Assembly: GCA_965231215.1 (NCBI GenBank)
Contig: OZ246423.1
Span: forward strand, 1-64,000
Length of the DNA: 64,000 bases
Direction: 5' to 3'
Source of the DNA: Candidatus Altimarinota bacterium
Lineage (GTDB): Bacteria; Patescibacteriota; Gracilibacteria; UBA4473
Of this stretch, positions 20,352-30,172 are shown piece after piece. The notes below the pieces were generated by a model. It worked only from the letters and a program-made list of their open reading frames with translations. It had not been told where the DNA came from and ran no database searches. Within the stretch, counting starts at the first letter, position 1; every line of letters starts with the position of its first letter. The position numbers and the translations under genes are program-made.

Positions 20352-20567
20352 ATGGAAGAAAAAAATATGGAAATAACTGTCGGAGAAAAGATTAAAACTT
20401 GGAGAAAAAAAAAGGATTTAACCCAAGAAGGTTTATCTCGAAAAGCGGATGTTCCATATACCACCCTAGCAAAGATCGAGAGTGGTGTGATAAAAAATCC
20501 TTCTATCGGGACTATGCAGAAAATTTCTGAAGGGCTTGAGATAACTATTGATGAATTAGTTTCTTAA
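20352..20567 (+). CDS. XRE-family HTH regulator (controller-like)
   Basis: GEKIKTWRKKKDLTQEGLSRKADVPYTTLAKIESG..NPSIGTMQKI; true start probably ATG 20352 or 20367, not 20262. Confidence 0.88.
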   Translation: MEEKNMEITVGEKIKTWRKKKDLTQEGLSRKADVPYTTLAKIESGVIKNPSIGTMQKISEGLEITIDELVS

Positions 20568-20572
20568 AAAAT

Positions 20573-22243
20573 ATGGCAAAAAAAGATTATACAAATTGGT
20601 CACGAAACGATCTTGTAAAAGAGATAGAAAAGCTCAGAAAAAGAAAAAAATATGGGCTTGTTTGGGAAGACAAACCAGAAGATGTGGTAGAACAATGTAA
20701 AAATGAACTACCAGTTCTGGAAGAAATAAAGAACAAAGCAATTCTTACAGATCCAGATAAACCTATGAATTTATTAATTGAAGGGGATAATTACCATGCC
20801 CTTTCTGTTTTAAATTACACTCATAAAAGAAAAATTGACGTTATCTATATAGATCCGCCTTACAACACAGGAGCAAAAGATTGGAAATATAATAACGATT
20901 ATGTGGATATAAATGATGTTTATCGACATAGTAAATGGCTATCAATGATGAATAACCGCCTTAAACAGGCTAAAAAGTTACTTACAAAAGAAGGAGTTCT
21001 GGTTTGTGCAATTGATGAAAATGAGCAAGCCCATTTAGGGGTTCTTTTGGAAGAACTATTCCATGGGTATGAAATTCATTGCATAACCATAATTCATAAC
21101 CCAGGGGGGGTGCAAGGAAAAAACTTTTCATACAATCATGAATATGCATATTTTATTTTTCCCAAAGGACTAAAGAAAATTGGATTGCAAAACAGGAAAG
21201 AAAATCCAGATATCAGATCACTAAGAGATGTTTCTACTGGGAATCACCTTAGAGTAGATGCGAAAAACTGTTTTTATCCAATTCTAGTTAAAGGGGAAAA
21301 GATTATTGGATTTGGAGATGTTTGTCCTGATGATTTTCATCCAAAATCAGCCAATCTTCTTAGAGAAGATGGTGTTATGGAGATATATCCAATAGATACA
21401 AATGGCAATGAAAGAAAATGGGTATTTGCAAGACAATCTGTTGATTCAATTAAAAATGAATTAAGTGTTAAATACAATAAGCAAAGAAAAATTTATGATG
21501 TTATTCGAGAAAAAACTCACTTCACTTATAAAACTGTATGGGATCACAAGTTATACAATGCAAATCTATTCGGAACTCAGTTGCTCTCTAAGATAATATC
21601 TCAAAAATTCCCATTTCCTAAGTCTTTATTTACTGTTAAAGAATGTATTAGTGCAATTCTTCACAAAAAAGATGCTACAATTCTAGATTTTTTTGCTGGG
21701 TCCGGAACAACTGGTCATGCGGTGCTGGAACTCAATAGAGAAGATACCGGTAAGCGGAATTTTATACTATGCACTAATAATGAAAATAACATTTCAACAG
21801 ATGTTACTCATCCTCGAATTGCAAATGTTATAAAAGGGTATACAAATCCTAAAGGAGAAAAAACTGGTGGATTAGGTGGAAATTTAAAATATTTTAAAAC
21901 AAAATTTGTTCCCGCTGACCCAACCGATAAAAATAAAATTGAACTCACTAAGAAGGTAACTGAGATGCTCTGCATTAAAGAAGATACCTTTGAAGAAGTT
22001 CTTGTTAACGATTCATTTAAAATTTTTAGAAGCAAGAAAAAATATACTGGAATAATTTTTGATCATCACGCTATAGAAGATTTTAAGAAAGCTATTCAAG
22101 AGATTGATGGTCGGTTTAGTGTATATATTTTCTCCCTTGGAGATGATACTTTTGAAGAAGAATTTGAAGACATTAAACAGAAAATTAAACTTTCTCCAAT
22201 CCCAGAAGCGATCCTTCGAGTGTATCGAAGGATTTTTAAATAA
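20573..22243 (+). CDS. mod: Type III R-M DNA methyltransferase (beta class, probably m6A)
   Basis: KYGLVWE, LLIEGDN, IYIDPPYNTG (motif IV) before DFFAGSGTTG (motif I). Confidence 0.9.
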   Translation: MAKKDYTNWSRNDLVKEIEKLRKRKKYGLVWEDKPEDVVEQCKNELPVLEEIKNKAILTDPDKPMNLLIEGDNYHALSVLNYTHKRKIDVIYIDPPYNTGAKDWKYNNDYVDINDVYRHSKWLSMMNNRLKQAKKLLTKEGVLVCAIDENEQAHLGVLLEELFHGYEIHCITIIHNPGGVQGKNFSYNHEYAYFIFPKGLKKIGLQNRKENPDIRSLRDVSTGNHLRVDAKNCFYPILVKGEKIIGFGDVCPDDFHPKSANLLREDGVMEIYPIDTNGNERKWVFARQSVDSIKNELSVKYNKQRKIYDVIREKTHFTYKTVWDHKLYNANLFGTQLLSKIISQKFPFPKSLFTVKECISAILHKKDATILDFFAGSGTTGHAVLELNREDTGKRNFILCTNNENNISTDVTHPRIANVIKGYTNPKGEKTGGLGGNLKYFKTKFVPADPTDKNKIELTKKVTEMLCIKEDTFEEVLVNDSFKIFRSKKKYTGIIFDHHAIEDFKKAIQEIDGRFSVYIFSLGDDTFEEEFEDIKQKIKLSPIPEAILRVYRRIFK

Positions 22244-22258
22244 TTTTTATTATTAAGT

Positions 22259-24472
22259 ATGCAATTAAAAGACTACCAAAATACAGCCGTAAAAAAACTT
22301 CTCACTAGAACAAAAGAACTTTTGGAACAAAATGGGGAGAAAAAAGTTGTTTTCAAATCTCCAACTGGTTCAGGAAAAACCATAATGACAGCAGAATTTC
22401 TTAAAAAACTGGTAGATGATAAGGAGGTAAAGCAACCTTTAGCTTTTATATGGACTGCCCCTCGTCAATTGCATACACAGAGTAAAGAGAAATTAGAAAG
22501 ATATTTTGAAGATTCAAGGGCTTTAGAATGTTCTGATTTTGAAGACTTAACAGATAAACAAATTGGAGAAAATGAAATCCTTTTTTTGAATTGGGAAAGT
22601 ATTAATAAGAAAAATAAAAATACCATCGTAAAGGAGAACGAAAAAGAATTTTATTTGAGTAAAATCATTGAGAACACAAAAGATGAAGGACGAGAAGTTA
22701 TCTTGATTATTGATGAAAGCCATCATCACGCTACGAGTGATATATCTCAGGAGCTGATAGCGGACATTAACCCAAAGGTGACTTTGGAAGTTTCAGCTAC
22801 TCCAATTTTAAATGACCCAGACGAAATCGCGACCGTTCCATTAGAGGATGTGAAAATGGAAGGAATGATTAAGAAGTCAGTTATCCTAAATCCGGATTTT
22901 GATAATGTTTTAGATGGAGCAAATTTAAAAACAGCCTTAGCAGATGGGACGGATGCAATGGTTCTAGAACAAGCACTTAAAAAACGAGAAGAGTTAGCTA
23001 ATGCTTATCAAGAAGCTGGAATAGACATAAATCCACTTCTCCTTATTCAACTCCCGGATAGAAAAACTCAACAAGAAGATCGTATAAAGGAAGAAATCAC
23101 CCGATTGCTTAAGGATAAATATGGGATGACTACTGAAAATGGAAGGCTTGGGATTTATCTTTCTGAAGAAAAAGAAAATCTGGAGAATATTTCTAAAAAT
23201 AATCATGAAACGGATGTTTTAATTTTCAAACAAGCCATTGCATTAGGATGGGACTGCCCACGAGCACAAATACTGGTGCTTTTTCGTGATTGGAAAAGTC
23301 TTTCCTTTTCTGTTCAAACAGTTGGACGAATTATGCGTATGCCAGAACCAGAAAAAGGGCATTACGAAGAAGAGGCACTTAACCATGGATATGTTTTTAC
23401 AAATTTAGCAGATATAGAAATTCGAGAAGATATGGCTCGAAGCTATGTAACCATTTACACGAGTAAAAGGCTTGAAAATTACAAACCAATAAAGCTTTCA
23501 TCGGTGTATCGTCTACGTCAACGAGAAAAAACTCGTTTAAGTCCTTTGTTTATTCGAATTTTCCTAGAAGAAGCTAAAAAATATGATTTGGAGAAAAGAC
23601 TAAATCTTACTGATCCAAAGGTAGAACAATCTTTTATATCGAATTTTGAAGCAGAAGGAGTTGATCAACTCGTAAAAACTGAGATAAAGGGAGCTACAAA
23701 AATTAAGATTGAAGATGAAGTTGATTTACAAAAGCTTTATGATTTTTTTGTTCGCAATAATTTATCGCCTTTTTATCCAGAAGATAGATCTATTGGGAGA
23801 GTAAAAGAAGCTATTTACTATTTTTTCAGAATGAGACTCGGTATGGAATATACTGATAAATTCTCTGAAATTATTCATGCAGTACTATCTCCAGAAAATA
23901 CCAAGCATTTTGTTAGTGTTTTAGATTCTACAAAAGAGCAATACATTGAACAAACAACCCAAAAGGAAAGTAAATTACAAGTTGTTGATAATTGGGAAAT
24001 CCCTCAATTATTAAACTTCAACGGAGAGTACTCATTACTAGCCACACAAAAATCTGTTTTACAACCTTTTTATTATGATAACCGTTGGAAAACAGAGGAG
24101 GCTTTTATTCATTTTTTAGAAGACTCTGAAAATGTTGAATGGTGGTTTAAAAATGGAGATAGGGATTCCACTTTTTTTGCTGTGCCATATAAAGAAAATG
24201 ATCAAAACCAACCTTTCTATGTAGATTTCATTGTGAAATTTAAAGACGGCAAAATTGGACTTTTCGACACCAAAAGTGGTCGGACCATCAAAGATGGAAA
24301 AGAAAAAAGTGATGGATTACAAACACATTTAAAATCTCAAAAAAATATCTGGGGAGGCTTAGTTACTAATACAGATCCTAAACAATTCAAAGGACGATGG
24401 ATGTATTATAAAAATAAGGGAGCTAATTTATCTTCTGAAGATTTTTCGAATTGGGATTTATTAGATATTTAA
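22259..24472 (+). CDS. res: Type III restriction subunit (SF2 helicase + PD-(D/E)xK nuclease)
   Basis: SPTGSGKT, IIDESHH, GWDCPRA, QTVGRIMR; C-terminal FYVDFIV...FDTKS. Confidence 0.88.
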   Translation: MQLKDYQNTAVKKLLTRTKELLEQNGEKKVVFKSPTGSGKTIMTAEFLKKLVDDKEVKQPLAFIWTAPRQLHTQSKEKLERYFEDSRALECSDFEDLTDKQIGENEILFLNWESINKKNKNTIVKENEKEFYLSKIIENTKDEGREVILIIDESHHHATSDISQELIADINPKVTLEVSATPILNDPDEIATVPLEDVKMEGMIKKSVILNPDFDNVLDGANLKTALADGTDAMVLEQALKKREELANAYQEAGIDINPLLLIQLPDRKTQQEDRIKEEITRLLKDKYGMTTENGRLGIYLSEEKENLENISKNNHETDVLIFKQAIALGWDCPRAQILVLFRDWKSLSFSVQTVGRIMRMPEPEKGHYEEEALNHGYVFTNLADIEIREDMARSYVTIYTSKRLENYKPIKLSSVYRLRQREKTRLSPLFIRIFLEEAKKYDLEKRLNLTDPKVEQSFISNFEAEGVDQLVKTEIKGATKIKIEDEVDLQKLYDFFVRNNLSPFYPEDRSIGRVKEAIYYFFRMRLGMEYTDKFSEIIHAVLSPENTKHFVSVLDSTKEQYIEQTTQKESKLQVVDNWEIPQLLNFNGEYSLLATQKSVLQPFYYDNRWKTEEAFIHFLEDSENVEWWFKNGDRDSTFFAVPYKENDQNQPFYVDFIVKFKDGKIGLFDTKSGRTIKDGKEKSDGLQTHLKSQKNIWGGLVTNTDPKQFKGRWMYYKNKGANLSSEDFSNWDLLDI

Positions 24473-24481
24473 TGATTAAAA

Positions 24482-26329
24482 ATGACAGACGAAACTAACA
24501 CAACATCAACCATTTTAGTAAAAACTGTAAGAGTTTATGGTCTTAGAGGATTAGAAAATATTCAAGTTTCTCTGGAGCCTACAACTGTATTAACTGGAAT
24601 GAATAATACTGGAAAAACTTCATTTCTAAAAGCTTTGCAAATAACTTTTGGGACTAAAAATTTTCTAACACATGATGATTTTCATATATGCAATGATACT
24701 GCTGTTGATAAAATCATAGTTGATGTAAATATTATTGCTGTAGATGGTGATGGAAAGCGGTTGGATTCATTTTCTAGTGATTGGGAAACTGTTTTTACTG
24801 AAAGTAGATTTAAATTTGATACTTCTGGCAAAGCTCATGTGCCAATTAGAACAGTTATGAAATATGATCCGCTTACAGGTAATTTTAAAAGCAAACAATT
24901 TGTTTTAAAAGAATGGAGTGAGTTCAAAAATAAGACAGGAGAATTCTGGTATCAACTTGATGATGGAGATAAAACTACTTTTAATCTGGAAGAGTTATTC
25001 TTTGTTTACACTGATGCCCAGAGAGATTTATTAGAGGATTTGAAAGTCAGAAACTCCTCTTTAGGTAAAATGTTATCGAAAATTAGTTATTCAGAAGCTG
25101 ATATTAAAGTCATAGAAACAGCGATTGATGATTTGAACAAAAAAGCGGTTAATTCAAGTGATATACTCTCTGATATTGAGACTACATTAAAGGGACTTGA
25201 CTCAGCAATGGACAATACAGCAAGTGGTGTTCAGATATCACCATTTGCAAAAAAAATAAGAGATTTGAATAAAGGAGTTTCAATCCAATACTCGGATTTT
25301 TCTATGGAGTATCACGGCATGGGAACTCGTAGTTGGTCTTCACTATTAACTCTTAAATCATTTGTAGAACTATTAGGGAAAAACGCAGTTAAAGAATCAA
25401 AATCTTTTTTCCCAATTATAGCCATCGAAGAGCCTGAAGCACATTTGCACCCTAACGCTCAAAAGAAAATCTATAGCCAAATGACTTCAATTTCGGGGCA
25501 AAAAATAATATCTACGCACTCTCCTTATATAGCAGCGTCTGCGAGACTAAATCAAGTAAGAAGTTTCTACAAAAGTGGTACAAATGTTATATCAGGAGAA
25601 ATTGATACGGCGACTTTATCGAATGAAGATATTAGAAAAATTAATCGTCAGGTAGTAAACACAAGGGGTGAACTCTTTTTTTCTAAAGCAATAGTATTCT
25701 TTGAAGGTGAAACTGAAGAGCAAGCATTACCAATATTTGCTAAAAAATATTTTGATGTAGATTTGCTAGAGATGGGAATAGATTTTGTCGGCGTTGGAGG
25801 TTGTGGAAATTACTATCCATTCATTAATTTAGCCAGATCACTTAATATCCCATGGTTTATTTTCAGTGATGGAGAAGTAAAGGTAATTAAAAAAATAAAA
25901 AAAGATCTTCAAAAACTATACGAAATTGACGATGTAAATATTGAAGAACAAGAAAATATAATCATATTGCCCGATGCTCTAGATTTTGAAAAATACCTAA
26001 TAGAGTCAGATTACACGGATGAAATCGTTAGTGCTTTAGAGTTATTACATACAAATGGTTATGTTGCTTCAGAAATCGCTAAAAGAGATGGAACGAATGG
26101 TAAGCGCATCAAAACACAGGAAATTTGTCACACCTGTCAACAATCAATATATCAAAATTTAATCAAAGATTACTCTGGAGACGAAGGATTTAAATGCGCT
26201 CTTTATGATCTGACAACTTCTCAAAAAACACAGTTTGGCTCAGTTATTGCAGATGTCATAATTAATTCAAATAAAGATCTACCACCGCTAGTTACAACTC
26301 TTTTTAGCAAATTAAAAAGTGCCTTATAA
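24482..26329 (+). CDS. gajA: OLD-family ABC-ATPase/TOPRIM nuclease (Gabija GajA-like)
   Basis: Walker A GMNNTGKT, EEPEAHLHP, STHSPY, TOPRIM FFEGETEE and FSDGE; adjacent to a UvrD helicase. Confidence 0.82.
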   Translation: MTDETNTTSTILVKTVRVYGLRGLENIQVSLEPTTVLTGMNNTGKTSFLKALQITFGTKNFLTHDDFHICNDTAVDKIIVDVNIIAVDGDGKRLDSFSSDWETVFTESRFKFDTSGKAHVPIRTVMKYDPLTGNFKSKQFVLKEWSEFKNKTGEFWYQLDDGDKTTFNLEELFFVYTDAQRDLLEDLKVRNSSLGKMLSKISYSEADIKVIETAIDDLNKKAVNSSDILSDIETTLKGLDSAMDNTASGVQISPFAKKIRDLNKGVSIQYSDFSMEYHGMGTRSWSSLLTLKSFVELLGKNAVKESKSFFPIIAIEEPEAHLHPNAQKKIYSQMTSISGQKIISTHSPYIAASARLNQVRSFYKSGTNVISGEIDTATLSNEDIRKINRQVVNTRGELFFSKAIVFFEGETEEQALPIFAKKYFDVDLLEMGIDFVGVGGCGNYYPFINLARSLNIPWFIFSDGEVKVIKKIKKDLQKLYEIDDVNIEEQENIIILPDALDFEKYLIESDYTDEIVSALELLHTNGYVASEIAKRDGTNGKRIKTQEICHTCQQSIYQNLIKDYSGDEGFKCALYDLTTSQKTQFGSVIADVIINSNKDLPPLVTTLFSKLKSAL

Positions 26330-26340
26330 AAAATATAACC

Positions 26341-28185
26341 ATGAAAATAAAATTATCAGAAACCCAGAAGAAAATAGTAGATCATGAAAATGGTTCTTTG
26401 CTCGTAATGGCTAGTGCTGGCACAGGGAAAACACGGGTTTTGACTGAAAGAATTAAAAAATTACTGAAGATTTCCACTAAAAAGATTTTAGCCATAACTT
26501 TTACAAATAAGGCTGGACAAGAGATGAAGGAGCGTTTAGGAACTGATGAGGAAGTGTTAAAAAGAGTTTTTATAGGAACTTTCCATAGCTTTTGCCAGAA
26601 AATACTTGAACAACGGTGCAATTTGCTTGGTTATTCTAAAATGCCTCAAATATTTGAAAGTATTAGTGATAGACTTGAACTAATAGAAGAGGCTATAAAT
26701 AATGTTCCAAGTTTCTCTGATCGTTATAAAAGTCTCGAAAATAAAGGTAAAAAAGATTTTAAATATAATGCTTTAGATTTCATTTCTAAAGCGAAAAGAG
26801 AATTGTGGTCTGATGACCAAATTTTAGAAAATGAAAATGCAGATTATGTGCTTTTATACAACGAATATAATGACATTTTGCTATCACAAAATGCCATCGA
26901 CTTTGATGATTTAATCAAACTAACTTTTGAATTATTTATAAATAATCCTGCTATTTCAGGACTATACAGAAGGTCTTATGAGTATATTTGTGTAGATGAA
27001 GCTCAAGATTTAAATAAGGCACAATATTACCTACTAAAAGCAATAACTGGAGATGAACACAAAAATGTAATGATGATTGGAGATGTGAATCAATCAATAT
27101 ATGCCTTTAATGGTTCTTCTTCTGAATATATGAGTAAGTATTTTAAGAGCGACTTTAATCCAACTGAAATAAGTCTCATAGAAAATTACAGGTCTTCTCA
27201 AAAAGTAATTGAAGCTGCAGAGAAAATTATGGAAAACTCTGGGGAAGTTATGAATATGGCTATAACAGGGAAATTTGAAATACAAAAAGCCAGTGATGAA
27301 AATACTGAAATTGACTGGATAATAGGGAAAATCGAAGAGTTGATTATACAGAAAACACATGAAGATATTGAGGGAGAAATAACTTATGAAAAGATAGCAA
27401 TTCTTGTTAGAAACAAATATGTATTGGGGAATCTGCCAGAAAAGTTAGATGAATTAAATATCCCTTATTATTTTAAAACAAGTCCAGGGGCTATTGAGTT
27501 TGAATCAGATACTATGAATGTTTTTGATTTGGCGTTAAAGGTAAAATTAAACCCAAAAGATAAACTTCATTTAGATAAATTACTACAAATATTAGCCATT
27601 AATAAATACACCGGGATCAGTGATCTAATAAGAAGTGTAGAGGAAATACCTTTTAGAGAAGTATTGACTCTAGTGAATGATTTAAAAGAAGATGGTAGTA
27701 ATTTTACAGGTCTTTTAGACAGTTTTTCAGAATACGTATCTACATCTAATGACTTTGGAGATGATAATGAAAGAAGTATGACATTTAATGATATTAATGA
27801 GTTGAAATTACATTGGTATGCATATGCAAAAACTGTAGATACTAAATCGATTGATCAATTTAAAAGTGCGATGGCTCTTGGGCAAACCCACTCGAACACA
27901 AATCAAAAAGGAATCACATTAAGCACTGTGCACACCATGAAAGGTTTAGAGTACGATATAGTTTTTCTTATGGGGGCAGACGATGGGACATTTCCTGATT
28001 ATAGGGCAACTCAAAAAAGAGGTGTAGAGTTGCTTCAAGAAAAAAATAATATGTATGTTGCTTTTACAAGATCCAGACGGTTCTTGTATGTTTCTTATCC
28101 CGAGAAAAGACGAATGCCATGGGGAGATGTGAACAGAAGATCTATCTCTCGTTTTTTAAAAGAATTTCCAATTAATGAGGAATAA
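26341..28185 (+). CDS. gajB: UvrD/PcrA-like SF1 helicase (Gabija GajB-like)
   Basis: ASAGTGKT, ITFTNKA, VDEAQD, GDVNQSIY, ENYRS, STVHTMKGLEYD, YVAFTR. Confidence 0.85.
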   Translation: MKIKLSETQKKIVDHENGSLLVMASAGTGKTRVLTERIKKLLKISTKKILAITFTNKAGQEMKERLGTDEEVLKRVFIGTFHSFCQKILEQRCNLLGYSKMPQIFESISDRLELIEEAINNVPSFSDRYKSLENKGKKDFKYNALDFISKAKRELWSDDQILENENADYVLLYNEYNDILLSQNAIDFDDLIKLTFELFINNPAISGLYRRSYEYICVDEAQDLNKAQYYLLKAITGDEHKNVMMIGDVNQSIYAFNGSSSEYMSKYFKSDFNPTEISLIENYRSSQKVIEAAEKIMENSGEVMNMAITGKFEIQKASDENTEIDWIIGKIEELIIQKTHEDIEGEITYEKIAILVRNKYVLGNLPEKLDELNIPYYFKTSPGAIEFESDTMNVFDLALKVKLNPKDKLHLDKLLQILAINKYTGISDLIRSVEEIPFREVLTLVNDLKEDGSNFTGLLDSFSEYVSTSNDFGDDNERSMTFNDINELKLHWYAYAKTVDTKSIDQFKSAMALGQTHSNTNQKGITLSTVHTMKGLEYDIVFLMGADDGTFPDYRATQKRGVELLQEKNNMYVAFTRSRRFLYVSYPEKRRMPWGDVNRRSISRFLKEFPINEE

Positions 28186-28621
28186 AATTAACCCTCAAAT
28201 GTTGGTTAATATTTATAAAAAACTAACTAAAAAAGAGCTTCTTAAAATCAAACCAATATGGGCATTTGATAACAATTTATTTCGTGACTTCGATGGATAT
28301 ATTTTTGCTTGGGCTAACGTTTTTGAATTGGTAAAAAAGTCAGAATTTGGGGCAATGGGGGGTGATATAAATCCCTATGTCCTTTTTTCCGAGAGAGAAA
28401 ACGGAAATCAAAGAATAGCAGAAGTTCTTTACCGATGGGAGAATGGAATGTTAATTGATCCGCCAACAATTCACTGTGATAGATTTGGAACTATTAAAAT
28501 GTCTGATGGTCGGCATAGGCTAATAACAGCTTTTCATCTGGGCGAAAAACAAATTCCAGTGGCTATAGATACATCTAATAAAGAAACTATCTCGAAATTT
28601 CTAGATTTAAAATTTATTTAA
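28175..28621 (+). CDS. Small ParB/sulfiredoxin-like domain protein
   Basis: DPPTI...MSDGRHRLITAFHLGEKQIPVAI matches the ParB-N DGxHR core. Confidence 0.7.
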   Translation: MRNKINPQMLVNIYKKLTKKELLKIKPIWAFDNNLFRDFDGYIFAWANVFELVKKSEFGAMGGDINPYVLFSERENGNQRIAEVLYRWENGMLIDPPTIHCDRFGTIKMSDGRHRLITAFHLGEKQIPVAIDTSNKETISKFLDLKFI

Positions 28622-28624
28622 AAT

Positions 28625-29791
28625 ATGAGTTACTTCAAACACCTTAAACCAAGAGAGTACTACGAAAATCTTTACGATGAGATGACGGTAAGAGAGTGTC
28701 ATTTTTTTGAGCAAAGCTTTCTAGATGATTACCCTCAGGTTGAAATGATTGAATTTCGATCTACGGAAGAAGAAAGAACTATGGAGGTAGATTTAAATAA
28801 GAAAGAAAAAGAAAAGAAGGAAGAGGTAGAACTGTCAGATGAGGAAAAAGAGTTTCGGACAAGATATGCCATAACAAGGCTTGCTCTCTACTATAAATCA
28901 GCACATCGAGCTGCTAATAGAAGAGAAAAAATCGATGAGTGGATACAGAGAGACACCTTAAAAGACGAAAAACGAGCTAATCTCTGGGAAGTACATCTAG
29001 AAAACTCTAGAAAACGGTGTCGCCAATGTGGGGACTTAATGAAGTGTTTCAATAAAGACTTCCACGACATTGGCGACCAAGAAGACCGTATTTTGTTTAT
29101 GTACGAGTGTGTGGACTCTAATTGTAAGTACAGGGAAGCTGAATTTGAAAATGGAGAATTATGGAAACCAGAAAAGTCAAAGTGTCCTGAATGTGGAAGT
29201 TGTCTAGAAGAATCAAGTAAACGGCTTAAAACCAAAATAAAGCACTATTCCAAGTGCCCTAATTGTGATTTTAAGGATGTATGGGAGATTGATTTGAACA
29301 AGAAACCAAAAAAGAAAACCAAAGAAGAGTTAGAGTCAGAAAAACTAATGGAGAGAGATAAGCTTCGTTTTTGCCTCTCGGAGAAAGAAGGAGCAGAATT
29401 CAAAGAGTCTTACGAACGAATTAAGCGATTTAATGAATCCGTGAATCGAGAAAAAGAGCTAGAAAAAACTGGTGAATCATACCAACAGATCAAACAACTA
29501 GAAAAATTAACACTATTAGAAGCTCAGAAGCAAATTAAAGAAGGAATTAAAGGTAAAAAGTTCTTAAAACTTAAATTTGGGGAGCCTGATATGGGGCGTG
29601 ATGTCGTTTTTGAATTTAAACTTTATGAAGGAAATCCAGAAAGAAGTGAGAGTAAAGCAACAAAAGAGCTTAAAAAGCTTATTATAAAAGCCTTGGATCA
29701 AACCAATTGGAAGCTTATGAGTGATGGTATTAGCTCTCGATTAGGTATCTACTCTGGGCGTATCAGGAGCATAGAATACAAAAGGTTTTAA
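28625..29791 (+). CDS. Hypothetical protein with tandem Zn-ribbon motifs
   Basis: CRQC...CVDSNC and CPEC...CPNC; otherwise charged and helical. Confidence 0.75.
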   Translation: MSYFKHLKPREYYENLYDEMTVRECHFFEQSFLDDYPQVEMIEFRSTEEERTMEVDLNKKEKEKKEEVELSDEEKEFRTRYAITRLALYYKSAHRAANRREKIDEWIQRDTLKDEKRANLWEVHLENSRKRCRQCGDLMKCFNKDFHDIGDQEDRILFMYECVDSNCKYREAEFENGELWKPEKSKCPECGSCLEESSKRLKTKIKHYSKCPNCDFKDVWEIDLNKKPKKKTKEELESEKLMERDKLRFCLSEKEGAEFKESYERIKRFNESVNREKELEKTGESYQQIKQLEKLTLLEAQKQIKEGIKGKKFLKLKFGEPDMGRDVVFEFKLYEGNPERSESKATKELKKLIIKALDQTNWKLMSDGISSRLGIYSGRIRSIEYKRF

Positions 29792-29969
29792 GAGATTTTG
29801 AAGGTATTTAAAACTGCCCTTAGTGCTCACTCTAGGTACGGTTATAGGTCTACTACCCTTGAAACACTAGAACCAATCCTAGAAAGGGTTTAAATTCTTT
29901 AAATACACAAAAGCTCCTCATTACTGCCCGCTAGAGTGGAAAGGAATCAGGTGCCATTAGTGTATGTTC

Positions 29970-30059
29970 TGGCGGAGAGGATGGGATTCGAACCCACGAT
30001 ACCATTGCTGGTATACTCCCTTAGCAGGGGAGCGCTTTCGACCACTCAGCCACCTCTCC
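29970..30059 (-). tRNA. tRNA-Ser(GCT)
   Basis: Long variable arm, anticodon arm CTCCC-CT-GCT-AA-GGGAG, ends GCCA. Confidence 0.95.
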
Positions 30060-30172
30060 GTCTGAGCTGACAGAGTATAAAATTTTCAGAAAGAAGGTCA
30101 AAATAATTTATAGGCGCTCACTTATTTATCTGAACTTCAAAAAGAAATTTTAAAATCTACACAAAACCTTAA

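Larger units (their letters stand above)
20263..29980. mobile_element. Defence island integrated at the tRNA-Ser 3' end
   Basis: TGGCGGAGAGG at 20263-20273 repeats the tRNA-Ser 3' end (29970-29980) in direct orientation; encloses seven co-oriented genes; looks more AT-rich than the flanks by eye. Confidence 0.75.

Noticed and set aside
26341-28185. Housekeeping uvrD/pcrA
   Set aside because: Shorter than typical PcrA, coupled to an OLD nuclease and inside the island, so GajB-like fits better.
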